Of a stretch of DNA of 64,000 nt, positions 1-9,464 are shown one piece after another. Source of the DNA: Chloroflexota bacterium (GTDB taxonomy: Bacteria > Chloroflexota > UBA11872 > VXOZ01); contig CAXXVD010000004.1 of assembly GCA_963662335.2 (NCBI GenBank), positions 32,001-96,000 on the forward strand, in the 5' to 3' direction. The translations under genes were made by a program, and so were the position numbers. Position 1 is the stretch's first letter; every line of letters begins with the position of its first letter. The notes under the pieces are model-generated. The model was not told the origin of the DNA. It was given only the letters and a program-made list of their open reading frames with translations, and did not search any database.

Positions 1-28
1 CTGAGAGCGCGAACGCCTCCCATCTCCG

Positions 29-179
29 GTAGCGCAGGTTACAAACCTGCGCCGCGTACCCCAAATGCGGGGGCGAGCCTTCGTAGCGCGGGGGCTTGTC
101 CCCCGCCTCTTGGCGCAAATCCCAAACACGCCCCGCCGGGTAGGGGCACGGCATGCCGTGCCCCTACCCGGCGGGGCGT
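29..179. repeat. Cluster of three GTAG-type REP-like palindromes (families B, A, C)
   Basis: GTAGCGCAGGTTACAAACCTGCGC (29-52) and GTAGCGCGGGGGCTTGTCCCCCGC (83-106). A perfect 52-bp palindrome at 128-179 contains GTAGGGGCACGGCATGCCGTGCCCCTAC. All three recur elsewhere in the window. Confidence 0.85.
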
Positions 180-209
180 CGCCATTCATCGCTTGCGCTG
201 AAATCCTGC

Positions 210-1187
210 TCAGGAAATGATCGCGGCGCACGTCGGCGCGGGCAGGCCGTCGCCCACCGGCTGCCAGGCAAGGTCATCGAACGCCGCGTGGTAGACCGCA
301 TCGTCCAGCACCACCGCGAAGACGTCCTGCGCGTCGCAGATGATGTGCTCGCACATGCGGTCGAGGGGAAAAGTCAGATTCTGTTCGGCGTCCTGCCAGG
401 TGTCGCCGCCGTCGCGGGTCACCATCATGCGGCCCAAGCGCCCCACGCGACGGGAAGGCCCGACGACGACCGTAGCGGGATCGTCCGCTTTGATGCACAC
501 GCCGCGCGTATAGTCGTCGATGAGATGCTGCCACGACGCGCCCCGGTCGGTGGAACGAAAGACGCCGCCGCCCGTGGCCGCCATGATCGTAGCCGGCTGC
601 GCGGGATGGATGTCGATGCTGTGCACGTCCGGATGCAGGCCGTCCGCCGGGTATTCCCACTGGCCGACTTTTTCTGAGATCTGCCACGTGCCGCCGTCGT
701 TGCGGCTCTCGGCCAGGCCGCCCACCTCGATTGCCGCCCAGACCGCGTCTTCTCCGCCGTCCAGCATGATGATTGTGCGCACGGCCCCGGCACGGGGCGA
801 ATAGGGCAGGAACCACTCCGCGCAGCCGGGCAGCGCCGTAAAGCCGTCCTCTTCCGTCCACGTAGCGCCGCCGTCGCGGCTGAGCCACACCCGGGCCGGT
901 TCGGTGCCCACGCGCACGATTTGCGGGTCATGAGGATGGTAGGATACCGAACGAATATAAGGACTGCCCTGCCAGGCGGACACGGCCTCCCAACTTTCGC
1001 CGCCGTCAGCGGTTCTGAAGAGCCCGGCGCCGTGGGTGCCGGCAATTGCCTGGCGGCCGTCCGGATGCGCGGCTACCGCCTCGATCTCCTGGTCGTTCAG
1101 GCCGGACGCTTGCACGTCCCAACCGTCAGACGCACGCGCCAACCGGAAGATTCCCTTTTCTGCGCCCACGTAGATTTGCTCCGCCAT
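210..1187 (-). CDS. BNR/Asp-box repeat beta-propeller protein (YCF48/VPS10/sialidase-like)
   Basis: Repeated S/TxDGGxSW motifs (RTADGGESW, SRDGGATW, RSTDRGASW, TRDGGDTW). ATG at 1187 chosen (MAEQIYVG). Confidence 0.75.
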   Translation of the reverse strand: MAEQIYVGAEKGIFRLARASDGWDVQASGLNDQEIEAVAAHPDGRQAIAGTHGAGLFRTADGGESWEAVSAWQGSPYIRSVSYHPHDPQIVRVGTEPARVWLSRDGGATWTEEDGFTALPGCAEWFLPYSPRAGAVRTIIMLDGGEDAVWAAIEVGGLAESRNDGGTWQISEKVGQWEYPADGLHPDVHSIDIHPAQPATIMAATGGGVFRSTDRGASWQHLIDDYTRGVCIKADDPATVVVGPSRRVGRLGRMMVTRDGGDTWQDAEQNLTFPLDRMCEHIICDAQDVFAVVLDDAVYHAAFDDLAWQPVGDGLPAPTCAAIIS

Positions 1188-1283
1188 GACGCACGCCCCC
1201 TTCAAAGTTGCAGCAATGGTACCGTCTGTTTCAATGCGGGCCCAATACAACCGGAGTGCGCTCGCCTCGCGCCATCACGCCGA

Positions 1284-2399
1284 TCACACCGGGCTGCTGG
1301 CGCGCTCCGCCTGCTTCCGCGCCACAATCTCCTCTACCTCCTCGATGAGCAGATCGAAGAGTTCGTCTTCCCGGCAGCTTTTCACCGGCTTGCCTTTGCG
1401 GAAGAGCGCGCCCTTGCCGCGGCCGCCGGCGATGCCCACGTCGGCGTCCCGCGCCTCGCCGGGACCGTTCACCACGCAGCCCATCACGGCCACCTTCACC
1501 GGTTCCTTGACGTTTTGGAGAAAGCTCTCGACCCGTTCCGCCAACTCGATCAGTTCGATTTCGCAGCGGCCGCAGGTGGGGCAAGCGATGAGCGTCGGGC
1601 CGTGCTCGCGGAGTCCCAGCGACTTGAGGATTTCGTATCCGGCAAATATCTCTTCCCGCGAATCCGCCGCCAGCGAGACCCGCAGCGTATCGCCAATGCC
1701 CTGGTAGAGCAGGACGCCCAGCCCCACGGCGCTCTTGACCATGCCGGCCTTGGGCGTGCCCGCCTCGGTGATGCCCAGGTGCAGCGGGTACTCAACCCGG
1801 TCGGCGATAAGCTGATAGGCCAGAATCGTCGTCGGCACGTCCGAGGCCTTGAGCGAAATCTTGATGTCGGTAAAGTCCATGTCCTCCAGGATCTTCACGT
1901 GGTCGAGCGCCGACTCCACCATCGCCGCCGCGGTCTTCTCCACCTTTTCGTCGCCTTCCAGCATCATCAGTTCGGGTATCAGCCGCGACTCCAGCGAGCC
2001 GACGTTCACCCCGATGCGCATGGGCACCCGGCGGTCCTTGGCCTCTTTCACCACCATGCGCGTCTTCTCTTTGCTGCCGATGTTGCCGGGGTTGAGCCGC
2101 AGCCCGTCCACGCCGGCTTCCAGGGCGCGCAACGCCAGACGGTAGTCGAAGTGGATGTCGGCAATCACCGGAATCGGCGAGCGCCGGCGAATCTCCGGCA
2201 GCGCGTCGGCGTCCTCCTTGTGCGGCACGGCCACGCGCACGATTTCGCAGCCGGCCTCGGCCAGACCGAGAATCTCCGCCACGCTCGCCTCCACGTCCCG
2301 CGTAAAGGCCGTGGTCATGGACTGCACCCGAATCGGCGCGCCGCCGCCAATCGTGACGCCGCCGATGCTGATCTGCTTGGAAATGCGACGCGGGATCAT
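1284..2399 (-). CDS. ispG: 4-hydroxy-3-methylbut-2-en-1-yl diphosphate synthase
   Basis: VQSMTT, ADIHF, RLNPGNIG, HLGITEAG, GIGDTLRVSL, CPTCGRC and MGCVVNGPGE motifs. Confidence 0.97.
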   Translation of the reverse strand: MIPRRISKQISIGGVTIGGGAPIRVQSMTTAFTRDVEASVAEILGLAEAGCEIVRVAVPHKEDADALPEIRRRSPIPVIADIHFDYRLALRALEAGVDGLRLNPGNIGSKEKTRMVVKEAKDRRVPMRIGVNVGSLESRLIPELMMLEGDEKVEKTAAAMVESALDHVKILEDMDFTDIKISLKASDVPTTILAYQLIADRVEYPLHLGITEAGTPKAGMVKSAVGLGVLLYQGIGDTLRVSLAADSREEIFAGYEILKSLGLREHGPTLIACPTCGRCEIELIELAERVESFLQNVKEPVKVAVMGCVVNGPGEARDADVGIAGGRGKGALFRKGKPVKSCREDELFDLLIEEVEEIVARKQAERASSPV

Positions 2400-2537
2400 G
2401 CCTACCTCATCTACCTCGCTGTGTCACACGAGACCTGCGTTAAGTGTGACGCATCCGGCGGCCTGACGCAAGAGCGGCAGTGACCGCTCTCAGCAGAACG
2501 ATCAGCACGAAAACGGGCAGGGGCTACACCAACGCTG

Positions 2538-3332
2538 CTACTCTCCGGTTCCGGTAGAGCTATAGTGCCGCAGCGCGAAGATATACGTGAGATAGGAGAG
2601 GCCAAAGAGGAGCAAGCCTACACCCAGGCTAAACGCGCCGGGCCACGCGTAGTCGCCGCCCCGCAGCGCAAACGCCACCGGGTAGAAGGTGGTGAAACCA
2701 AAGGGGACAATCGTGAGCAGCGATTGCAGCGGCATAGGAAAGATGTCCAAGGGATACTTCACGTAGTCATTGAGTGAAGAGAACGACTGCCACACGGCAA
2801 ACGTGCGGCCCACCCACACCGTGATGCACGAAATGAGCGTGGCAATCCCCGTCCAGACCAAAGTCGAGGCGGCGAGCGCGACGATCAACCACAGGATGAC
2901 CCCAGGCCGCGCGTATAGTTCCAGGCGCATCACGGCTACGCTAAAGGCCGCGCCGAAGAAGATTAGGTTCAAGAGGGATTCGAAGGGCATCTCCCGTGCC
3001 GATTCTTGCACGTAGACCGGCAGCGGGCGCACCAAGGCGTAGTCCAGTTCACCGTTATAGAACAAGACCTTCGACTGCGTTGCAAAGCAGAAGAATGCGT
3101 CGTGGACATAGAAGCCAATCACACCGGTGCACCACATCAGCACCACTTCCCACGGCGTCCAATCGCCCAGGCGCTCAACGAAACTGAAGGCGATACCGAG
3201 GAAAGCGAGTTGCAAGGCAAACCGCACGAGGCGCGTGGCAAGTTGCAGCCACGCATCCACGCGATACTGCGCATACTGCTTGAGGCGCAGCGTAATGCTC
3301 ACACCGTACACGTGCAGCAGATGGCTCAGCAC
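2538..3332 (-). CDS. ABC-2 family exporter permease (DUF990-like)
   Basis: About 6 TM segments; GELDYALVRP and YPLDIFP motifs; adjacent to a second permease and an ATPase. Confidence 0.8.
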   Translation of the reverse strand: MLSHLLHVYGVSITLRLKQYAQYRVDAWLQLATRLVRFALQLAFLGIAFSFVERLGDWTPWEVVLMWCTGVIGFYVHDAFFCFATQSKVLFYNGELDYALVRPLPVYVQESAREMPFESLLNLIFFGAAFSVAVMRLELYARPGVILWLIVALAASTLVWTGIATLISCITVWVGRTFAVWQSFSSLNDYVKYPLDIFPMPLQSLLTIVPFGFTTFYPVAFALRGGDYAWPGAFSLGVGLLLFGLSYLTYIFALRHYSSTGTGE

Positions 3333-3414
3333 CGGCCTGCCAACCTTTGCATTTTAGGGTAGGTAGCGGCACACCGTAGCTCAAGCGCGGCGTTTGCAAT
3401 CGTCCCCAACGGTC

Positions 3415-4242
3415 TCATCCTCCCTGCACCTCCAGCCGGAGCGCGGCGCGCCCCCACAGCCAGCGGCCCGCGAGCAGCAGCGCTATTCCCCACACCGCTT
3501 GGACGCCAAGGGCAAAGATAAGCTCTTGCCCGTGCAGCCGGCCCAGGTAGATGGAGACCGGCGTATGTACCACGGCCTGAAACGGCAAGAAGGCGGCAAG
3601 AACGGCCAACGGCGCCGGCAAGAGTGCCAGCGGAATGAGTGTGCCGCCAAAGAACTCCTGGATGGCCGTGCGCACCATCATGAGCCCCAAGAAGTCGTAG
3701 GTCCACACCGTCAACAACGCCATGAGAAAATGAATGCCGCTCATGACGAACCAGGCCAGCGCCACACTCACGACAAAGAGCGCGCCGTCCACCGCTGAGG
3801 CGGGCAACGCAAGGTTGCCGCTCACGAACCAGACCAGCCAGACCGGCACGGCCACCAGCAGCGCATCCACGACAAAGACCGCCGCCCACTCCATGTAGCG
3901 CATCGCTTGCAAATCCAACGGACGCACAAGATCAAGACTGATCTTGCCCGTCTGCACGTAGTTCATGGCGTTGTACACCACGTTCCGGTTGATCCATCCC
4001 ATGCGCGCCAAGTTCACAACCTGGGCCACGACCAGGTAGGTAACGAGTTCCTGTTCGCCAAATGCGCTCTGCACCGTGCCGCTGCCGCCGTGAATTACCT
4101 TCCAGACACTCACCAATACCCAACTGGCGACGAGCGTAACCAGCAGGCTCATGAAGAAGTTGAAGCGCATGGCCAGGCCCACCTTCAGGAAGGCGGTCAC
4201 CGCGCCCCAATAGGGCAACGATGTGTCACGCAGGCGGCTCAT
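3415..4242 (-). CDS. ABC-2 family exporter permease
   Basis: GKISLDLVRP, FGGTLIPLALLP and LPFQAVVHTP motifs; start overlaps the ATPase 3' end. Confidence 0.8.
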   Translation of the reverse strand: MSRLRDTSLPYWGAVTAFLKVGLAMRFNFFMSLLVTLVASWVLVSVWKVIHGGSGTVQSAFGEQELVTYLVVAQVVNLARMGWINRNVVYNAMNYVQTGKISLDLVRPLDLQAMRYMEWAAVFVVDALLVAVPVWLVWFVSGNLALPASAVDGALFVVSVALAWFVMSGIHFLMALLTVWTYDFLGLMMVRTAIQEFFGGTLIPLALLPAPLAVLAAFLPFQAVVHTPVSIYLGRLHGQELIFALGVQAVWGIALLLAGRWLWGRAALRLEVQGG

Positions 4243-5254
4243 GCAGGCCTCCCTCGCGAAAGACGTTGCGGATCACCTCTTCCACGCGCGGTTCGGTGAT
4301 AGTAAGATTGCCTACCTCCGCAAGATTGAGAAGAACGCGGGCAACCTCGGTAGCGCCGCCGGCATCGGCCAGACCGGAAATGCGCACCATGCTGCCGAAT
4401 TGCTCCACAGCGGCGTGCGGCCACTGCGCTTGAACCGTCTGCTCTATCCTCTCCTGGGCGCCGGCAGGCGCTTCTACCTGTACCACCTTGGACGCGGCGA
4501 AACGGTCAACGAGACGGCGCAAGCTGCCGTCGTAGACCACACGCCCTTTGTCGATCAGTATCACCCGTTCGCAAAGCTCCTCGATGTCCGCAAGGTCGTG
4601 GGTCGTGAGAATGACCGCAACGCCGTGTTCATCCCGCATCGCGGCGATGAAGCGGCGGATCGACTGCTTTGCCTCCACGTCCAGGCCGATGGTAGGCTCA
4701 TCCAAGAAGACTACCTTAGGGCGATGCAGAAACGTCGCCGCCACGTCGCAGCGCGTGCGTTGCCCCTGGCTGAGGGTCCGCACCGGCTGATTCAGCAGCG
4801 GGACCAAGTCCAGCACGTCCGCAAGTTCGCCTAAACGCTGCTGAAAGTCCTGTTGCGGAATGCGGTAGACCGCGCGCAGGAACTGGAGAGAGTCGATCGC
4901 CGGCAACTCGAAGATGAGTTGGCTGCGCTGGCCAAAGAGCACGCCGATCTCCCGCGCATTCCGGATGCGCTGGCGATGAGGATCGCGGCCCAGCACGCGC
5001 ACGTCACCTGAATCCGCATACATGATCCCGGCCACTATCTTCACCGTGGTGGATTTGCCGGCGCCGTTCGGCCCCAGCAGACCCACTACCTCGCCCTGCG
5101 GAATCGTGAACGAGATGCCGTCCAGCGCCCGGATGTGTTGGTATTCCGGCGCGACGAAGGAACGCAGCCAACCAAAGCGTCCTTCCCGTCGCCGCTCCAC
5201 CCGGTACGACTTCACCAGATCTTGAACAGTGATTGCGTCAGCGCTGATACTCAC
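4226..5254 (-). CDS. ABC exporter ATP-binding protein
   Basis: Walker A GPNGAGKST, signature LSQGQ, Walker B FLDEPTIGLD, H-loop LTTHD. Confidence 0.92.
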   Translation of the reverse strand: MSISADAITVQDLVKSYRVERRREGRFGWLRSFVAPEYQHIRALDGISFTIPQGEVVGLLGPNGAGKSTTVKIVAGIMYADSGDVRVLGRDPHRQRIRNAREIGVLFGQRSQLIFELPAIDSLQFLRAVYRIPQQDFQQRLGELADVLDLVPLLNQPVRTLSQGQRTRCDVAATFLHRPKVVFLDEPTIGLDVEAKQSIRRFIAAMRDEHGVAVILTTHDLADIEELCERVILIDKGRVVYDGSLRRLVDRFAASKVVQVEAPAGAQERIEQTVQAQWPHAAVEQFGSMVRISGLADAGGATEVARVLLNLAEVGNLTITEPRVEEVIRNVFREGGLHEPPA

Positions 5255-5400
5255 CGGCTAAACGACTCTCAAACATGTGCGGGGGTGATTCAAGGGAGAC
5301 CAAGTATACCGTAGTGTAAGCAGACAAGCAATCCGCATTGAGAAGGGAGATTTGTAGCTGAGGACCAGCCCAAACGCTGGCTATCGTCCCATGCTCGCGG

Positions 5401-5429
5401 TTGTGCGCTGCCGGTTGCCGTGCTATACT
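5401..5429 (+). promoter_or_regulatory. Sigma70-type promoter of rnpB
   Basis: TTGTGC, 17 bp spacer, TATACT with extended -10 TG; ends 6 nt before the predicted RNA 5' end. Confidence 0.65.
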
Positions 5430-5435
5430 GACAAA

Positions 5436-5765
5436 TGTTGAGTAGACTAGACAGTCGCGCGGCGAGCATGCGTAGCGTGTGCACGCCGTGAGGAAAGTCC
5501 CCACTCCATAGGGCAGGGCAGCGGGTAACACCCGTCCGCCGTGAGGCGCGGAATAGGGCCACAGAGACTACCGCCGGCCACCGTGGCGGCTTCACGGCGT
5601 GTTGGCCGGAGTGAAAAGGGTAACCTCTGCCCGGAGCAAGGCCAAGAGAGGGACGTTGAGGCGGCTCGCGGAGTCCCGGGTAGGCCGCACAGAGGCGCAG
5701 CGCAAGCTGCCGTCCAAGATAGATGGCTGTCCGCGACAGAATGGGGCTTATCGGTTTACTCAACA
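5436..5765 (+). ncRNA. rnpB: RNase P RNA (type A-like, lacking P13/P14)
   Basis: P1 TGTTGAGTAGAC/GTTTACTCAACA; P2 GACAGTC/GGCTGTC; conserved GAGGAAAGTCC, CCACAGAGA, GTGAAA, GGAGCAAGGCC and ACAGAA-TGGGGCTTA segments. Confidence 0.96.
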
Positions 5766-5791
5766 AAGCGCTCGCGGCGACGCGCACGCGA

Positions 5792-5866
5792 CGCGGGGTG
5801 GAGCAGTGGCAGCTCGTCAGGCTCATAACCTGAAGGTCGAGGGTTCGAATCCCTCCCCCGCTACCA
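5792..5866 (+). tRNA. tRNA-fMet (CAT), initiator
   Basis: CGCGGGGTGGAGCAG...CTCATAA...GGTTCGAATCC...CCCCGCTACCA; C1:U72 mismatch; CCA encoded. Confidence 0.96.
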
Positions 5867-6013
5867 ACAGGGCAATCGCCTTCCGCTCTTAGGCGCGTGT
5901 CAAGTCCGTCCGGATTGCGCGTGGGCGCGGTGCCCGGCGTTAACCCCCATAGCCTACTCCCACCGCACGCTTGGAACGAACGAAGCGTCATTTCACGGCA
6001 CGGAGGTCTCATT

Positions 6014-6445
6014 ATGGCTGCGCTCAGGCGCCTGGCCGCGCTCTACGTTTTCGTCGTTGGCGCGGCAATCGCACTGCACTTTCTCGTTACCCGCTTCTAC
6101 GACCCGGCGTGGTCTGACGCCTCGCTTCCCGTCTGGGAAGTCCTCAATCCGCTGCAGGTGATCGCCTTGGCCATCGCCCTTGTCGTCGCCTACGCGCATA
6201 AACGCAGCGTTGACGCGGGAGCCGGCGATGGGCCGGTCACGCGGGCGTACCTGGAAGCAAACGTCCTGTTCTACTTCTCGGCGGCGCTCTTCCTGGCGCT
6301 GCTCTGGAACTGGTTTGGCGTGCAGTGGGCCGAGCCGACCACGAGCGACAACCAACTGTGGGTGATCATCGACGTCACGCTGCCGCTTGTGCTCTATGCC
6401 ACCGGCATCCGGCTCTGGCGCGACGCCGGCGCCGACGCCGCGTAG
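6014..6445 (+). CDS. Hypothetical 4-TM membrane protein
   Basis: GGAGGT RBS before ATG 6014; four hydrophobic segments; family not recognised. Confidence 0.7.
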   Translation: MAALRRLAALYVFVVGAAIALHFLVTRFYDPAWSDASLPVWEVLNPLQVIALAIALVVAYAHKRSVDAGAGDGPVTRAYLEANVLFYFSAALFLALLWNWFGVQWAEPTTSDNQLWVIIDVTLPLVLYATGIRLWRDAGADAA

Positions 6446-6478
6446 AGTCCAGTCCGCCCACGCCCCCGGAGGCGCGCA

Positions 6479-6940
6479 TTGGCAAAGACCGTCTATCTCG
6501 CCAATCCCTACGGCTTCTCAATCCAGCAGAAGGAACTCTTGCTGCCCGCGCTCATTGCTGCCCTGGAAGAGCTCGGGTTAGAGGTGTGGGAGCCGTTCGC
6601 GCGCAACAACCAGGTGGACTTTTCAGAACCGGGGTGGGCCTATGAGATCGGCCAGGCCGACTACCGGGACGTGGCGCAGGCGGACGCCATCTTTGCCGTA
6701 GTCAACGGCGTGCCGCCGGATGAAGGGGTGATGGTGGAATTGGGCATGGCAATTGCCCTCGGCAAGCCCACATTTCTCTTCCGCGACGACATGCGCTCGG
6801 CCACCGACAGCGGCATGTATCCCCTGAACCTGATGCTCTTCACCGGCCTGCCGGAAGAGGGCTGGCAAGACTACTACTACACGCGGCTCGAGGAACTGGC
6901 GGCGCCGGATAAAGCGCTGGCCCGGTGGGCGCGGGAGTAA
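6479..6940 (+). CDS. Nucleoside 2-deoxyribosyltransferase family protein
   Basis: VYLANP, DEGVMVELGMAIALGKP and NLML motifs; TTG start. Confidence 0.88.
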   Translation: MAKTVYLANPYGFSIQQKELLLPALIAALEELGLEVWEPFARNNQVDFSEPGWAYEIGQADYRDVAQADAIFAVVNGVPPDEGVMVELGMAIALGKPTFLFRDDMRSATDSGMYPLNLMLFTGLPEEGWQDYYYTRLEELAAPDKALARWARE

Positions 6941-6966
6941 TGGTTTTTCCACACCACGATTTCGTC

Positions 6967-6990
6967 ACACCCCCGCACCGGGGGTGTTTC
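6967..6990 (+). terminator. Possible intrinsic terminator
   Basis: ACACCCCCG-CAC-CGGGGGTGT hairpin followed by a short T run. Confidence 0.45.
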
Positions 6991-7060
6991 GTTGCCCACA
7001 GGCAGAGTCTTCGGACCCAATCCCGCCGGTGCGAGGCGCCATTTGAGAGAGAGTTTGCCG

Positions 7061-8305
7061 ATGGAAGGCAATTCTGAAATTCCCGCGTGGCTCAACGCGC
7101 TTGCCCAAGAGAGCGGCATGGAGCGGCGCGCGCTCTTGAGCCTGCTCGCTACCGGCGGAGTCGCGGCGGCGCTTATGGCGTGCGCGGAAGTGCGCGTTTC
7201 CACAGATTCACAGAGATTGTCCGACAAGACGCCGGCTGCGGCTACGCCGCCTCCCTTCTACAAGAATTCGGAACCGTTTATCACGCACGGGGAGAGAGGG
7301 CTGGAGTCCCGCCTGGAGCAGATGCAGGGATTCGTAACGCCGAATCGCCTCTTCTTCGTGCGCAACAATTCCGCCAGCATCGCGGTAAACCCTGACGAGT
7401 GGCGGCTAGCGCTCGAAGGCGATGCCGTCGCGACGCCGCAGGAGTTCTCCTACGCGGACATCCGCCGCCTGCCCAGTCGCACGGTTACGGCCTATCTGGA
7501 GTGCGCCGGCAACCAGCGCGCCATGTTCGACCTGGTCAAAGGGCAAGCGGCGCAGGGCACCCAGTGGCTGACCGGCGCGGTGGGCAACGGCGTCTGGACC
7601 GGCGTTTCGCTGCGGGACGCGCTCGAATTGGCCGGTGTAACAGCGGATGCCGCCAGCGTGCTATTGGTCGGCCTCGACACAGAATCGCCGGAAGGCGGTT
7701 GGCGGCGCGCATTGCCAATTGCAAAGGCGCTCGACCCGGATACGCTCCTGGCCTACGGGCTGAACGGCGAGGATTTGCCCCAAGACCACGGCTACCCGCT
7801 GCGCGCGCTCGTGCCCGGTTGGGTGGGCAGCGCCAGCGTCAAGTGGCTGAGCCACATCGTCGTCTCCCGCGAGCAGTTCTGGACGCGCAACAACACCACC
7901 TCCTACGTGCTCATCGGCGACAACTACCCGCCGGATGGCGCGGCGCTGGGCAAACCCCTCACCACGCAAGCCATCAAGAGCGCCCTGGCGTTGCCATGGC
8001 CTGCCCAATTGGCCGTGGGCGCGCACCGCCTGCATGGGTACGCCCACTCGCCGTTCGGTCAGATTACACAGGTTGACTGGAGCCTGGACTCCGGGGCTAC
8101 CTGGAATCAGGCGCGGGTGCTCGCGCCGCAGGTCCAGTATTCATGGGCGCGTTTCGAGTTGGCGTGGGACGCCCCGGCAGGTGAACACACCCTCATGACC
8201 CGGGCCACGGACGCGGCCGGCAATACCCAGCCGCAGGAGATTCCCTTCAACGAAAAGGGCTATCTCTTCAACCAGCCGCTGCCGCACCCAATCCACGTCT
8301 CCTGA
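7061..8305 (+). CDS. Sulfite oxidase family molybdopterin oxidoreductase (SorA/SoxC-like), Tat signal
   Basis: FFVRNN, LECAGN (Mo-ligating Cys), DHGYPLRALVPGWVGSASVKWL and a dimerisation domain; ERRALL plus LMAC at the N-terminus. Confidence 0.9.
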   Translation: MEGNSEIPAWLNALAQESGMERRALLSLLATGGVAAALMACAEVRVSTDSQRLSDKTPAAATPPPFYKNSEPFITHGERGLESRLEQMQGFVTPNRLFFVRNNSASIAVNPDEWRLALEGDAVATPQEFSYADIRRLPSRTVTAYLECAGNQRAMFDLVKGQAAQGTQWLTGAVGNGVWTGVSLRDALELAGVTADAASVLLVGLDTESPEGGWRRALPIAKALDPDTLLAYGLNGEDLPQDHGYPLRALVPGWVGSASVKWLSHIVVSREQFWTRNNTTSYVLIGDNYPPDGAALGKPLTTQAIKSALALPWPAQLAVGAHRLHGYAHSPFGQITQVDWSLDSGATWNQARVLAPQVQYSWARFELAWDAPAGEHTLMTRATDAAGNTQPQEIPFNEKGYLFNQPLPHPIHVS

Positions 8306-8420
8306 AACTCCCGCGCGCGCCTTGTGCGTTTGGCGCATGAGCACCCGTTTGCCCTATTATGGAATTAGGGGCCGCAGCACGCGCGTTCCCAGCGACCAGG
8401 CAATTCACGAAGGGAATCCT

Positions 8421-9455
8421 GTGGAACAAGCCATGCCACGGCCCGGCCTTGCCGTTGAGGCAACCGACCTCACCAAGACCTACAAGAACGGCGTGCTGGC
8501 GAACGACCAGTTGAACGTAGCCGTCCGGCGCGGCCAGGTCTACGGCCTGCTCGGCCCGAACGGCGCCGGCAAGAGCACGTTCGTGCAGCAGGTCATGGGT
8601 CTGATCCGGCCTACGTCCGGCCGCGTGTGGGTCTTTGGCGTGGACGCGGAGCGCGACCCGGAGCGCGTCAAGCGCATGATTGGCTATCTGCCGCAGACGT
8701 CGTTTGCCATGCGCGACTTGCTGGCGGACGAGGCCATCTACTTTACGGGGCGGCTGAAAGGCCTCTCGCACAAGGAGACCGTGCGCCAGCGTGACTCCTA
8801 CATCGAGCAGTTCGAGGTAGAGGAAATCCGGCGCAAGCCCATCAACCAGCTTTCCGGCGGTATGCAGCGCATGGCGGGCTTCATCATGGCTTTGCTCGGC
8901 AGCCCGCCGCTGCTTGTGCTCGACGAACCGACGAACGACCTGGATCCGCTGCGCCGGCGCGCCGTCTGGGAAGCCATCCGGCGCGTCGTCGTCTATGACG
9001 GCGCCGCCTGCCTCCTGGTGACGCACAACGTCCTGGAGGCCGAGCGAGTAGTCGATAGAGTAGCCCTCATCGACGAAGGGCGCGTGCTGGCGGAAGGCAC
9101 GCCCGGCGCGATGAAGAGCCGCCTGGGTGAAACTATCCGCCTGGAACTCTGGCTGCGCGACGGCGCCGAGCTATCCAAGGCCCAGGAATCGCACCTGCAC
9201 TCGCTCGGCGCGCTCCACCAGCCCCGGCCCCGGCACCTCCTCTTGCGCGTGCCGCAAGAGCGGGTAGGCCGGACTATCGACAGTGTCCTAGCGGAGATTA
9301 GCGCGGACGCGGTAGAGGACTTTCGCCTTGCCACCGCCTCGCTCGAGGACGTTTATGTTGAGTTGGTTGGGCGTTCCCTTGATGAGAGCGAGAGTGTCGA
9401 AGCGGCCCAACCTTCCGAGCAAGAGCGCGTTGGCGCGGAGAGCGCCCTGCGCTAG
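8421..9455 (+). CDS. ABC exporter ATP-binding protein (DrrA-like)
   Basis: GPNGAGKST, LSGGMQR, LDEPT and VTHN motifs; start uncertain (GTG 8421 or ATG 8433). Confidence 0.9.
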   Translation: MEQAMPRPGLAVEATDLTKTYKNGVLANDQLNVAVRRGQVYGLLGPNGAGKSTFVQQVMGLIRPTSGRVWVFGVDAERDPERVKRMIGYLPQTSFAMRDLLADEAIYFTGRLKGLSHKETVRQRDSYIEQFEVEEIRRKPINQLSGGMQRMAGFIMALLGSPPLLVLDEPTNDLDPLRRRAVWEAIRRVVVYDGAACLLVTHNVLEAERVVDRVALIDEGRVLAEGTPGAMKSRLGETIRLELWLRDGAELSKAQESHLHSLGALHQPRPRHLLLRVPQERVGRTIDSVLAEISADAVEDFRLATASLEDVYVELVGRSLDESESVEAAQPSEQERVGAESALR

Positions 9456-9464
9456 AGGTTCCTT

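Noticed and set aside
6990-7060. Moco riboswitch upstream of the molybdoenzyme
   Set aside because: No recognisable multi-stem consensus; only an upstream terminator-like hairpin.
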